Assembly (NCBI GenBank): GCA_964501515.1
Contig: CAZCSS010000001.1
Location: 1-53,954, forward strand
Length of the DNA stretch: 53,954 nucleotides
Direction: 5' to 3'
Origin: an uncultured archaeon
GTDB taxonomy: Archaea > Aenigmatarchaeota > Aenigmatarchaeia > QMZP01
The notes beneath the pieces are model-generated. The model ran no database searches. It was not told where the DNA came from and was given only the letters and a program-made list of their open reading frames with translations. Positions within the stretch are counted from its first letter, which is position 1. Every line of letters starts with the position of its first letter. Of the stretch, positions 44,920 through 53,954 are shown piece by piece. A program made the position numbers and the translations under genes.

Positions 44920-45600
44920 ATGATAGCCGGGATTGACGAAGCTGGCAGAGGCGCTGTGATAGGCCCTATGATTATTGCGGGCGTATCCATTCCGCGGGAG
45001 AAGGAGAACGAACTCGTAAAGATGGGCGTGAAGGATTCCAAGCTTCTCACTCCAAAGGCAAGGGAGAAACTTGCCAGAAAGATAGAGAAAACAGCCAAAG
45101 ACATAATTGTTATTGAAGTGGCTCCATGCAAGATAGACAATTACAGGAAACAGGGCATCAGCCTGAACAAAATGGAAGCCATGAAGTTTGCAGAGGCGCT
45201 GAACTTTCTCAGGCCCTCCACAGCATACATAGACGGGCCTGACATCAACCTGAGGAAATTTCAGGGTTTTGTTAGCAAGATGCTTGCAGAACCCGCTGAG
45301 CTCGTAGTGGAGCATTTTGCTGATTCAAAGTATCCTGTAGTGAGCGCGGCCTCCATAATAGCCAAGGTTGAGAGGGACCAGAGGATAGAGAAACTGGCTT
45401 CCCGGTATGGGGAAATAGGCTCGGGGTATTCAAGCGATCCTGTGACCCAGGTGTGGTTGAGCCAGTGGCTCGAGGGGGCAAACAAGTTCCCGGAGTGCGT
45501 CAGGAGAACGTGGATAACCGCAGAAGTCATGGAGAGGGACAAACTTCAGACGAGGCTGCTTGGTTTTCTTGGGATAAAAAAGGATGGTGCTGCATTATGA
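44920..45600 (+). CDS. rnhB: Ribonuclease HII
   Basis: IAGIDEAGRGAVIGPM, DSK, and AASIIAKVERD. Confidence 0.9.
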   Translation: MIAGIDEAGRGAVIGPMIIAGVSIPREKENELVKMGVKDSKLLTPKAREKLARKIEKTAKDIIVIEVAPCKIDNYRKQGISLNKMEAMKFAEALNFLRPSTAYIDGPDINLRKFQGFVSKMLAEPAELVVEHFADSKYPVVSAASIIAKVERDQRIEKLASRYGEIGSGYSSDPVTQVWLSQWLEGANKFPECVRRTWITAEVMERDKLQTRLLGFLGIKKDGAAL

Positions 45601-45645
45601 ATGTTAGTTATAAATCTTTTTGCCACCAATTATAAAACGGGGCAT

Positions 45646-46278
45646 ATGATAAAAAGGGTCGGCGACATAGTTCTCATACAGCTTTCCAGCATTGATTCCA
45701 ATATTTATCTTGTTGATGACACCATCATTGATACCGGGACGGGATTCAATTTCACCCGGCTGCATTCAATACTCAAGGTTCTCAAGAAAGGATTCAAGGA
45801 CGTAAAGCACATAGTGAACACGCATGGGCATTTTGACCACATCGGTGGCAACGGGTATTTTCTGAATGCTGATGTTTCCATACACGAAGACGATGCTGAT
45901 GTGATAGAGCAAGCCGATTCGGAGAAGAGCTGGGCCGACTACTTCGACGGCAAGCTCAAGCCCAGACAGGTTGACAGGAAGCTCAGGGAAGGCGATATCG
46001 TGAAAGCAGGAAGCCTAAATCTCAGGGTTTTGCACACACCCGGACACAGCCCGGGTTCAATCTGCCTGCTTGACGAGTCAAGGGGAATACTGTTCTCGGG
46101 CGACACTGTTTTTTCTGATGGCGTGGGCAGGACTGACGGCACGGGATGCGACGAAGATGAGATGGTAAAAAGCCTGGAGAAGATTAGCCGGCTGAGGTTC
46201 AACACGCTCCTTCCCGGACACGGCGATATAATCAACGGGAATGCTGACAGCGCTGTCAAAAAGATGCTTGAGCAGTAA
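45646..46278 (+). CDS. MBL-fold metallo-hydrolase
   Basis: NTHGHFDHIGGN and HTPGHSPGS. ATG 45601 is an alternative start. Confidence 0.85.
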   Translation: MIKRVGDIVLIQLSSIDSNIYLVDDTIIDTGTGFNFTRLHSILKVLKKGFKDVKHIVNTHGHFDHIGGNGYFLNADVSIHEDDADVIEQADSEKSWADYFDGKLKPRQVDRKLREGDIVKAGSLNLRVLHTPGHSPGSICLLDESRGILFSGDTVFSDGVGRTDGTGCDEDEMVKSLEKISRLRFNTLLPGHGDIINGNADSAVKKMLEQ

Positions 46279-46283
46279 GGGTC

Positions 46284-47615
46284 TCATATCAGGAAAGAGA
46301 ATATCAGAACCAGAAGTATTGCTGATATTGTGGGGAGGACTCCTGCCTTTAGCATATCCCTGACGCTTACGTAACCTGTTCCATGGACTATTGCATTCGG
46401 GGCTGTTCCGGGAGGCATCAGAAACGTCATTGAAGTCGCTATTACAGGCACTATCATGAGTCCATGTGAGGAAATTCCCAGGTTTTGCGAGATTCCGGAG
46501 AGAAGTGGTATCAGCATTCCTGCTGTTGCGGTATTCTGTATGAACTGGGTTATGCCCATCCCGAGAACAGCGAATGAGAATGTTATGAGAGCAGGACTGG
46601 TAAGCCCTGTTGCCTCAAGCAGCCTCCCGGCAATCCAAGAGGCAGCTCCTGTGGAAATGAGCATATTGGAGATTGATATTGCCCCTCCCATGAGGATTAT
46701 AACGCCCCAGTTCGTGTGGTTCTCAAAAAAATTCCACCCGGAAACAAGAAAGAGCATGGCGAATCCTCCCAAAAGCCCTATCACAACAGCCGAAACCCCA
46801 TGGAAGGGTGTGGTGGCCCACAGCAAAAGGGTGGCAGCAAGGACAGCAGCGCACCTCTTCTCTTTCGGGTTCATGCCTCCGAGGTCCTCGAGCCCGCTGA
46901 GCACGCTGGAGTGTATGACCCCATGAGGCTTGAACTGAAAACAAAGGGAAAGATATAGAAGCGGGAGCATTGCTGCCACAAAAGGGAGCCCTGCCCCTGC
47001 CCACTCAAAGAAGCCAACCCCCGAGGCCTCTGCTGCCATGACATTTGGCGGGGTCCCTATGAGCAGCCCCACACCCCCGATATTGGCAGAATAGCATGTA
47101 GCAATCAGAAAGGCCTTCTTGTCCAGCCCTGCCCTTCTGGCCAGGGTAAGAACTATAGGCACCATCAGCAGAACAGTGGCCGTGTTGGATATTATCATCG
47201 AAAGCAACGCGGTCACTGCAATGATTCCCAGAAGCGCGGTGCCTGAATTTCTGGACAGCCTTATTGCCTTATATGCTATCCTCTTGTCAAGATGAGACCT
47301 TATCAGCCCAGAACCCAGCATAAACCCCGCAAGTATAAGGAAAACAGCGTTGCTGGCAAATCCTGACAGGGTAGAGGCCATGTCTGACACCCCAAGAAGC
47401 GGCTGGAGTATTATGGCGACCAGGGCCGCAAGTGGGAGGGATACAATCTCTGTGGCCCAGAGGCCGGCAACAAAAACAAATATTATTATGGACAGCCAGC
47501 CCCGGGGCGAAAGGCCTTCAGGAACAGGCTGCAGCCAAAGGAAGCATGCTATGAGAACAATAGCATATCCGAGCAGGGCATTGCTCCGCAAGGCTCGCCC
47601 GCCGGTGTGAAACAT
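46284..47615 (-). CDS. Anion or di/tricarboxylate permease (SLC13/DASS, ArsB-NhaD superfamily)
   Basis: Polytopic membrane protein of more than 10 TM segments with the family-typical repeated layout. Substrate is unknown. Confidence 0.7.
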   Translation of the reverse strand: MFHTGGRALRSNALLGYAIVLIACFLWLQPVPEGLSPRGWLSIIIFVFVAGLWATEIVSLPLAALVAIILQPLLGVSDMASTLSGFASNAVFLILAGFMLGSGLIRSHLDKRIAYKAIRLSRNSGTALLGIIAVTALLSMIISNTATVLLMVPIVLTLARRAGLDKKAFLIATCYSANIGGVGLLIGTPPNVMAAEASGVGFFEWAGAGLPFVAAMLPLLYLSLCFQFKPHGVIHSSVLSGLEDLGGMNPKEKRCAAVLAATLLLWATTPFHGVSAVVIGLLGGFAMLFLVSGWNFFENHTNWGVIILMGGAISISNMLISTGAASWIAGRLLEATGLTSPALITFSFAVLGMGITQFIQNTATAGMLIPLLSGISQNLGISSHGLMIVPVIATSMTFLMPPGTAPNAIVHGTGYVSVRDMLKAGVLPTISAILLVLIFSFLI

Positions 47616-47831
47616 GTATTATAATTTGGGATTATGATGATAAAAAGACAAGAGCGCTACTCTTGCAAAAGACAGGGCACTACCACTCATATTCATCATC
47701 CAAATCCCCGTCATCCGGCTCAAAGTCCTCTTCAAAGTCCTCAAGGGCTCTGGACTTCATCATATCAGTTTGGTTTTTTGGCAAAAGATTTATATGTGTT
47801 TGGGATAGCTGCACTGCTGCCAGCCTGAGTG

Positions 47832-48446
47832 TCAGTGCCTGAGCGGGACAAAAATGCAGGGAAAATGCCTTGTGGTTCTGAGACCGCCTCTCTTCTTAAT
47901 GCCGCTTATAAGGGTCTGCCTGTAATAAGGCCCCACAGGAGCCACTATTATGCCCCCTTCCTTCAGCTGCTCCAGCAGGGCGCCGGGTATGTCATCAACA
48001 GCGCAGGTGATGATTATCCTGTCAAACGGCGCCTTCCGGGGGAGGCCCCTGCTGCCGTCTCCTTGAACAACTTCCACGTTTTTGATGCCTGCTCTCTCCA
48101 GGTTGTTTCTTGCGAAATCGGCCAGTTCCTTCTCAAGCTCAACGGTATAAACATGTTTCACAAGCCTTGAAAGTATTGCGGCCTGGTACCCTGAACCCGC
48201 CCCGACCTCAAGAACCCTGTCTCCTTTTTCAGGATCAAGAAGTTCGGTCATCACAGCCACCATGTGCGGGGCTGATATGGTCTGGCCGCGGCCGATCGGG
48301 AGCGGCTGGTCAGCATAAGCATGCTTCCTGATATCTTTGGGAAGGAACATTTCCCTTGAAACAGACATGAAGGCATTGATAACCCTCCGGGTCTTCAGGA
48401 AGCCCTCCCTTCTCAGGGACGCTATCAGCTCGTCCTTTGGCGTCAT
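47832..48446 (-). CDS. pcm: Protein-L-isoaspartate O-methyltransferase
   Basis: TISAPHMVA and VLEVGAGSGYQAA. Only the last 204 codons of the 462-aa track ORF belong to this gene. Confidence 0.9.
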   Translation of the reverse strand: MTPKDELIASLRREGFLKTRRVINAFMSVSREMFLPKDIRKHAYADQPLPIGRGQTISAPHMVAVMTELLDPEKGDRVLEVGAGSGYQAAILSRLVKHVYTVELEKELADFARNNLERAGIKNVEVVQGDGSRGLPRKAPFDRIIITCAVDDIPGALLEQLKEGGIIVAPVGPYYRQTLISGIKKRGGLRTTRHFPCIFVPLRH

Positions 48447-48477
48447 GTTATTTATTTCAGGCAGAGAGAATAAAAGC

Positions 48478-49134
48478 ATGGAAGTCTGGAATCTGGACAC
48501 GAGAACAGCCGAGGCAGAAGAAGCGGCTGGGATGGCGAAAAGGCTGGGTTTTTCGGGGATTGGCATGGTTTCTGAGGGCCATGCAAAAACAATCCCGGAA
48601 CAAACAGGGATAGATATTTCGCGCGGGATTCTGCTATCAGGAAGCCCTGGTGATATAAGGAAAAGAGCAAAGGCGATGAGAAGGAAGGTGGAGCTTATTG
48701 TGGCAAAGGGAGGTAACGAGGATGTCAACAGGGCCATTCTGGAAACGCCTGAAATAGACATACTTTCAGAGCATCTGGTGGGCGGCCGCTGCGGAATAAA
48801 CCATGTGCTTGCAAGGCTGGCAGCAAAGAACAGCGTGTACATAGAGTTTGACTTCTCTCTTCTTCTGGACACATACAAGAGGCACAGGTCCGGCCTGGTT
48901 TCCGGCTTTTTGGAAACCGCAAAGTTTGTAAAAAAATACAGGGCACCGTTTGTTCTCACATCTGCGGCCGCAAGCCCATGGGAGCTCCGCTCGCCCTCTG
49001 AGCTGATTGCGTTCGGCCGTTTTCTGGGTTTCGCAGACCCACAGATAAAAAAGGCCCTTTCAGGGGGAATTGTAAAGGAGAACAGGAAGCGCCTGTCAGG
49101 GAAATGGGTGATGCCGGGTGTGGAAATTGAATAA
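48478..49134 (+). CDS. rnp3: RNase P protein component 3 (Rpp30)
   Basis: Rpp30-like layout (ILETPEIDILSEH...GINHVLARLAAKNSVYIEFDFS...FVLTSAAASPWELRSP). Alternative ATGs are at 48445 and 48337. Confidence 0.7.
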   Translation: MEVWNLDTRTAEAEEAAGMAKRLGFSGIGMVSEGHAKTIPEQTGIDISRGILLSGSPGDIRKRAKAMRRKVELIVAKGGNEDVNRAILETPEIDILSEHLVGGRCGINHVLARLAAKNSVYIEFDFSLLLDTYKRHRSGLVSGFLETAKFVKKYRAPFVLTSAAASPWELRSPSELIAFGRFLGFADPQIKKALSGGIVKENRKRLSGKWVMPGVEIE

Positions 49135-49197
49135 CCGGCAGATGCTGCATATGCTGAGCATAATGCGTTTTTATTTTTTGCCCCCACTATAACTCTC

Positions 49198-50520
49198 ATG
49201 AAAACCAAAGGCGACACCACACTCTACCGCACGGCAGAGCAGGTTTTAAAGAGAAACGCCAGGCCGGAGAAATCCCCGGTCGGGGTTGTTGCAGGCGAAA
49301 GATACAGGGAAAGCATATGGGGGAGAGACGGACTGATATGCTGCCTTGCCATGAGCGGCTCTGATGATGAAGAGCTGGTTAATCTGGCAGAAAGAACAAT
49401 AGATACTCTGGCAGGGAATCAGAAGCATACCGGGCAGATACCAAACAAGATCGCAGTTGATTTGAGCAGAACAAGTTTTGGAAAGGGCGGATGCGTGGAT
49501 GCCAGTCTGTGGTATCCTGTCGCGGTATGGAATCATTACAAAAGCACAAACAAAAGCGAGTTTCTGGAAAGAAACAGGTACAGAATCGAGGAAGCTGTGA
49601 AATGGGCAAACTGCCTTGACCAGAACAATGATTACCTTATAGAAGCCAACCCCCGCTCTGAATGGTTTGACTTGTACGGAAGAATGGGAAGGGTTCTTTA
49701 CACACAGGTTCTCAACTATGCTGCCCTGGAATGCCTTTACAGGACATTGGATGAAATGAACCAGCCGGGGGTCATAAACTGGGCACTGGACAGCGAGGAG
49801 CTTCCCCAAAGAATAGAAAAAGTGAAAAGGGGCATACAGGAATTCTTCTGGCCAACAGAAGAGTATACCGGATGCATAGAAAAGGAGCATGCCCATTCAT
49901 GGATACACCAGGATTTCCGCGCAGCGCTAAAGAAAAAAGAGGAACTGAAGAGAACAGGGGCAGAATATTTCCTGTCATCTGTTGGTTTTGACAGCGCTGA
50001 TGCAAGGTTTGACACAATTGCCAACTGCCTTGCGATATTGTTCGGGGTTGCAAAGAAGGAACAGGCAGAATCCATTATTGACTACATGATAAAAAAGAGA
50101 ATTGGTAAACCATACCCTGCAAAGGTGCTGAGCCCTCCTGTAACCCCGCGTGATCCGGAGTTCAGACTGGTCTTCCCGGATCCGGAGTTCAGGCACTCTG
50201 ATGAACCAGAACTGCACAAAACAAGAGCATCTCCTGGAAATTATCATAATGGCGGGATATGGCCCTGGGTAGGCGGGTTTTATGTTCTGGCGCTGGAAAA
50301 GACAGGTAAAAATGCAGGCGGGCCTTTTGATGACCTTAGCAAGGTGAACTCGCTTTTTGATTACGGGTTTATTGAATGGATTAATGCTGAAGGGAACATG
50401 GAAGGGGCGTATGGAACCAGCAACCAGTCATGGTCAGCTGCAAGCTATATGCTGGCGCACCAGAAGATTGCGGACAAAAAACATATCCTTTTTGATGATT
50501 TTCATGCTCCTGATAAATGA
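49198..50520 (+). CDS. Six-hairpin glycoside hydrolase (glycogen debranching GDE_C / GH100 invertase-like)
   Basis: GQIPNKI, DASLWYP and NYHNGGIWPWVGGFYVLAL. Confidence 0.7.
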   Translation: MKTKGDTTLYRTAEQVLKRNARPEKSPVGVVAGERYRESIWGRDGLICCLAMSGSDDEELVNLAERTIDTLAGNQKHTGQIPNKIAVDLSRTSFGKGGCVDASLWYPVAVWNHYKSTNKSEFLERNRYRIEEAVKWANCLDQNNDYLIEANPRSEWFDLYGRMGRVLYTQVLNYAALECLYRTLDEMNQPGVINWALDSEELPQRIEKVKRGIQEFFWPTEEYTGCIEKEHAHSWIHQDFRAALKKKEELKRTGAEYFLSSVGFDSADARFDTIANCLAILFGVAKKEQAESIIDYMIKKRIGKPYPAKVLSPPVTPRDPEFRLVFPDPEFRHSDEPELHKTRASPGNYHNGGIWPWVGGFYVLALEKTGKNAGGPFDDLSKVNSLFDYGFIEWINAEGNMEGAYGTSNQSWSAASYMLAHQKIADKKHILFDDFHAPDK

Positions 50521-50595
50521 AACCGTGCACCGGCAAGCGGCCGCTTTCTGCTCGCATACTTAATAATTTAAATACATTCTCATACTATCTTCTTT

Positions 50596-51195
50596 ATGCC
50601 AGCAGGAAGCATGTTAGTGGACAAAGCAGATTACCTGACAGCAGGTGTGCATATAGGGATGAAGTCCTGCACGCCGTCAATGGCGCCGTTCGTCTACAAG
50701 ATTCGGGATGACGGCCTTGCTGTGTTCAACCTTAAGAGGGTGGATGAAAGGATAAAGATAGCCGCTGATTTTTTGTCAGGTTTCAAGAACATACTCGTGG
50801 TTTCCAGGAAGGATGCTGCTGCCCGCCCCTTGATGGAGTTCGCCGCTATTGTTGGCGGAAAGGGTGTGGCAGGGAGGTTCTCGCCCGGAACATTGACCAA
50901 TCCCACATACAGGGGCTTTTACGAGCCTGATGTGGTCTTTGTGGTAGACCCGATAGTGGATGACCAGGCCGTGAGGGAAGCCAGAAAGAAAAGGGTTCCT
51001 GTGGTGGCCATGTGCGACACCTTTAACACAACCAAGGATATTGACCTGGCCATACCCATGAACAACAACGGGAAAAAATCAATTGCCCTGGTGTTCTGGA
51101 TTCTTGCAAGGGAAATTCTGAAGTCCAGGGGAGAGATAAAAAAGGGTTCTGATTTCAAGCCAACGGTTTCGGATTTTGAGGGTGCAGGGAAATGA
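50596..51195 (+). CDS. rps2: Ribosomal protein S2 (uS2)
   Basis: YLTAGVHIGMK, GRFSPGTLTNP, and VVAMCDT...IDLAIPMNNNGKKS. Confidence 0.95.
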   Translation: MPAGSMLVDKADYLTAGVHIGMKSCTPSMAPFVYKIRDDGLAVFNLKRVDERIKIAADFLSGFKNILVVSRKDAAARPLMEFAAIVGGKGVAGRFSPGTLTNPTYRGFYEPDVVFVVDPIVDDQAVREARKKRVPVVAMCDTFNTTKDIDLAIPMNNNGKKSIALVFWILAREILKSRGEIKKGSDFKPTVSDFEGAGK

Positions 51196-51713
51196 GTGTG
51201 AAGTCAGTGAAAAGGATGGCAGCGTCCATGATGAAGTCCGGGGTATCGAGAATAAGGGTGCAGTCCGCAAAGGATGCAGAGGAGGCCCTTACCAGAGAGG
51301 ATGTCAGAAACCTCATAAAATCAGGCACTGTCATCAAAATCCAGAAGAAAGGCAGCTCCAAGAAATACTCCAGGAAACTGTTTGAGCAGAAGAAAAAGGG
51401 CAGGAGAAGGGGGCAGGGAAAGAGAAAGGGGACATTCAGGGCAAGGACCCCGAAAAAGGAGGAGTGGACAAAGAGCGTGAGAGCCATGAGAAAACTGCTC
51501 AAGGAACTCAAAACCAGCGGAAGGGTAGATAACAGGACATACACGGGCTTCTACAGAAGGGTGGGCGGCGGCGAGTTCAGAAACAAGAAGCACGTCCTTC
51601 TCTACCTCAAGGATCACGGCCTGCTGAAGCAGGCCATTATTGAAAAAACACCAAAAACCGCAAAGAAGACAAAGCGTGCTGCAAAAGCAAAGAAAAAGGG
51701 TGACAAAGAATGA
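51192..51713 (+). CDS. rpl19e: Ribosomal protein L19e
   Basis: KRMAASMMKSGVSRIRV...KKGRRRGQGKRKG. The start overlaps the S2 stop (ATGA). Confidence 0.95.
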   Translation: MSVKSVKRMAASMMKSGVSRIRVQSAKDAEEALTREDVRNLIKSGTVIKIQKKGSSKKYSRKLFEQKKKGRRRGQGKRKGTFRARTPKKEEWTKSVRAMRKLLKELKTSGRVDNRTYTGFYRRVGGGEFRNKKHVLLYLKDHGLLKQAIIEKTPKTAKKTKRAAKAKKKGDKE

Positions 51714-52303
51714 GAATGAAGACGTTCGGGGTGGCGCACAGGAGAAGGAGAGAGGGCAGGACAGACTACAGGCAGAGGTTAAGACTCCTAAAAGCCAGAA
51801 AACCCAGACTGGTCATCAGAAGGTCGTCAGGGGGGGTCTCATGCCAGGTAGTGGAATACCGTTCCGAAGGCGACCGGGTTATTGCCTCGGCCGGACCGAA
51901 TGACATCAAATCAAAGGGCTGGAAGGTAAGCACAGGCAATGTTCCTGCGGCCTACCTGGTTGGCCTTGCCTGCGGGGTTGAGGCCAGGAAAAAGAAGGTC
52001 AAGGAAGCTGTCCTTGATATCGGGCTTCATGTCTCAACAAAGGGTTCAAGAATATATGCCTGCCTCAAGGGATTTAGTGACGCAGGCATAACCGTACCGC
52101 ATTCTGAAGAGGTCCTTCCCGACGAGGAAAGGGTAAGGGGCTCTCATATCGAGGCGTTTGCAGCCAAGCTGAAGGCAGAAAACGCCTCTATGTATTCAAA
52201 GCAGTTCTCAGGATACCTGAAGGCAAAGCTGCGGCCTGAGGCTGTCTCGAAACATTTTGAGGAAACCAGGAAGAAACTTGTTAAATCAAAGACCTTGTCA
52301 TGA
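51710..52303 (+). CDS. rpl18: Ribosomal protein L18 (uL18)
   Basis: RRRREGRTDYRQRLRLLKARKPRLVIRRS. The start overlaps the L19e stop (ATGA). Confidence 0.95.
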   Translation: MRMKTFGVAHRRRREGRTDYRQRLRLLKARKPRLVIRRSSGGVSCQVVEYRSEGDRVIASAGPNDIKSKGWKVSTGNVPAAYLVGLACGVEARKKKVKEAVLDIGLHVSTKGSRIYACLKGFSDAGITVPHSEEVLPDEERVRGSHIEAFAAKLKAENASMYSKQFSGYLKAKLRPEAVSKHFEETRKKLVKSKTLS

Positions 52304-52410
52304 ACAGTGCAATCCCTGTATCACTAAGAGGATAAGCAGATAATTCTGTGACAGGGAAGATCTGAGATGAGGTTTGCGGATTTTTAAGCCAGCTCATATA
52401 AAAATAAGTC

Positions 52411-52875
52411 ATGAGGAATCTGGCTGGCTTTGGCTTGGTTTTCATAACAATGCTCCTCTTCTGGCTGCTCTTAACAGGGCCCAGTTTCGAGGAGCTTGTG
52501 GCAGGAACAATAGCATCGGGCTTTGTGGCTACGATGAGTTCCACGTTCTTCAGGCCCAGGAAGAAGAACTATTTCAGAAGCATGCTTTATCTGCTCTGCA
52601 CAATACCTGTTTACGTAAAGTGCGAGATACTCTCCCATATAGAGGTTATGAAGCTCATACTCACAGGAAAGATAAAGCCCGGAATAATGGAATTCAAGCA
52701 CTCCCACACCTCGGATTTTGGGGTGACCGCGCTTGCGAACACTATAACCATGACTCCGGGAACGCTCACCCTTGACGTCAGGAAGGGCTCCCTTTTCGTG
52801 CACTGGCTCAGGGTGAAGCCTGAAAGGGAGAAGATCTCAGGCATATACAAAAATCTGCTGAAGATATGGGATTGA
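52411..52875 (+). CDS. mnhE: Mrp/Mnh cation:proton antiporter subunit E
   Basis: WLLLTG...ALANTITMTPGTLTLDV...VHWL. Confidence 0.75.
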   Translation: MRNLAGFGLVFITMLLFWLLLTGPSFEELVAGTIASGFVATMSSTFFRPRKKNYFRSMLYLLCTIPVYVKCEILSHIEVMKLILTGKIKPGIMEFKHSHTSDFGVTALANTITMTPGTLTLDVRKGSLFVHWLRVKPEREKISGIYKNLLKIWD

Positions 52876-52876
52876 C

Positions 52877-53137
52877 ATGATAGAAATAGTTATTTATCTG
52901 CTCATGGTGTCCGCTGCAATCTGCATGCTCAGGATAGGCCTCGGGCCCACCATGCCTGACAGGGTGATAGCCTTTGATGCCCTGGTGTCTATACTGATCT
53001 CATTCATAGTGGTGCTCTCCATATTCTACAGGAACAACATATTCCTTGATATCGCTCTTGTGTATGCTGTTTCAGGATTCATAGGCACGCTTGTCATATC
53101 AAAGTATCTTGTGGGGAAGAAACTGGGTGATAAATGA
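52877..53137 (+). CDS. mnhF: Mrp/Mnh antiporter subunit F
   Basis: RIGLGPTMPDRVIAFDAL and three TM segments. Confidence 0.8.
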   Translation: MIEIVIYLLMVSAAICMLRIGLGPTMPDRVIAFDALVSILISFIVVLSIFYRNNIFLDIALVYAVSGFIGTLVISKYLVGKKLGDK

Positions 53138-53487
53138 TGCTTGAAGCAGTAGGGCTCTGGATAATGGCACTCGGCGGGGTTGTCTCGGTAATAGGCTCTG
53201 CCGGGCTCTTGAGGTTTCCTGATGTTTACACAAGGTCGCATGCCCAGACCGTGGTCAATGTAGGAGGGACCTGCCTTATACTTCTTGGCGCAGCGGTGTT
53301 TGGCTTCTGGTCCGTTCTAACCATAAAGTCGCTTTTCCTTGTATTCTTCATCTTCATGACAGCCCCTGTGGGGGTGCATGCCATAACAAGGAGCGCATAC
53401 AGAACAGGCATAAAGCCGAAAAAACTCGTGGAGAACGAACTCAAGATAAGGTTCAGCATTCCTGATGAGAAGCAGGGAAGTTCTTAG
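53134..53487 (+). CDS. mnhG: Mrp/Mnh antiporter subunit G
   Basis: GSAGLLRFPDVYTRSHAQT. Confidence 0.85.
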   Translation: MMLEAVGLWIMALGGVVSVIGSAGLLRFPDVYTRSHAQTVVNVGGTCLILLGAAVFGFWSVLTIKSLFLVFFIFMTAPVGVHAITRSAYRTGIKPKKLVENELKIRFSIPDEKQGSS

Positions 53488-53542
53488 GTGCCACAGCCGG
53501 TGGCAAGCATGGTTATAAAAAATTAACTTTCTTTATTATTTT

Positions 53543-53749
53543 ATGCCACAAGAGATATTTGCAGCAATCAAGACAGACATGGCATTAATGAGGGAAAAGA
53601 TTGACCACTTGTGCGAAAACGTGTTTAAGGATGACGTCCCAATTGAAGTTAACATATTAGCAAATTATCTGAACGCTGTTGAAGAACTTGCATACAGGCA
53701 AGCAAATCTGCAAGCGGTCAAGAAAACGTCTGTCGAGTATTGTTATTAA
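53543..53749 (+). CDS. Hypothetical protein, 68 aa, AT-rich
   Basis: ORF only, predicted helical. I recognise no motif. Confidence 0.3.
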   Translation: MPQEIFAAIKTDMALMREKIDHLCENVFKDDVPIEVNILANYLNAVEELAYRQANLQAVKKTSVEYCY

Positions 53750-53835
53750 TAGTTACCGCCGGTTATGCATAATATAATATTTGCGAATATGTGAGGTTCT
53801 TGCTCTTATTAATCTGCGAGCGGCCTTTACACATA

Positions 53836-53954
53836 GAAGCGGAGAGATGTCCCTGAACAATAGCCGGATGGAAAAAAGCGCCGGGGACAGGATCTTCGCG
53901 AAGCGGAGAGATGTCCCTGAACAATAGCCGGATGGAAAAAAGCGCCGGGGACAG
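53836..53954 (+). repeat. Tandem direct repeat with a 64-bp period, cut off by the window end
   Basis: The 55-nt unit GAAGCGGAGAGATGTCCCTGAACAATAGCCGGATGGAAAAAAGCGCCGGGGACAG occurs at 53836-53890 and identically at 53900-53954, separated by gatcttcgc. Confidence 0.85.

Noticed and set aside
47680-47763. A small 27-aa, highly acidic minus-strand ORF (MMKSRALEDFEEDFEPDDGDLDDEYEW) in the pcm/transporter spacer
   Set aside because: There is no ribosome-binding site, no recognisable family and no conservation that I can assess. It is too short to support from sequence alone.
48447-49220. The N-terminal 258 aa of the 462-aa minus-strand ORF that ends in Pcm
   Set aside because: This portion is antisense to the Rpp30 gene and has a low-complexity Ser/Pro/Phe composition. 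Pcm homology starts at MTPKDELIASL (ATG 48446).
53836-53954. A possible CRISPR array at the window end
   Set aside because: The identical unit is 55 nt long and only 9 nt separate the copies, so there is no repeat and unique-spacer structure. No cas genes are present in the window.

Overview
This is a compact archaeal chromosomal segment with about 70 genes, many joined by 4-nt stop/start overlaps. The gene content fits a small-genome, DPANN-like archaeon; that placement is inference.

Most of the window is housekeeping:
- Translation: S2, S8e, L18, L19e, L35Ae, L37e, MetRS, GatC, Rpp30, LSm, a KsgA fragment.
- Replication and repair: RFC small subunit, Hel308, Mre11-like nuclease, RNase HII, HerA-like ATPase.
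- Nucleotide metabolism: Adk, Tmk, anaerobic RNR NrdD/NrdG.
- Fe-S assembly: NifS, IscU.
- A UDP-sugar plus processive GT2 envelope cluster.
- Proteases, transporters and MrpEFG.

Signals that annotation of ordinary features does not explain:
1. A tRNA-Ala(CGC) gene is split by a 245-nt, highly structured intron in the T-loop (59/60). The G3:U70 Ala identity pair and the acceptor stem form only after that segment is removed.
2. An initiator tRNA-Met carries three introns (29/30, 37/38, 59/60). Its T-loop junction geometry matches the tRNA-Ala intron.
3. NrdD carries a complete NrdR repressor (Zn-ribbon plus ATP-cone) fused to its N-terminus. Two NrdR-box-like palindromes lie exactly 32 bp apart in the promoter of that same operon.
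4. An AT-rich orphan three-gene operon (39, 211 and 277 aa, no family I recognise) sits behind a perfect 8-N7-8 palindrome located between a TATA box and the first ATG.
5. A secreted protein that is tail-fibre-like at the N-terminus and cysteine-rich at the C-terminus is bracketed by a 24-nt perfect direct repeat embedded in a conserved hairpin.
6. Two genes are interrupted by apparent 1-nt gaps: KsgA once and a PflX-like radical SAM gene twice.
7. A 64-bp-period tandem repeat is cut off by the window end.

No CRISPR array, rRNA gene, transposase or integrase was seen. All calls come from reading motifs by eye. No searches or statistics were run.
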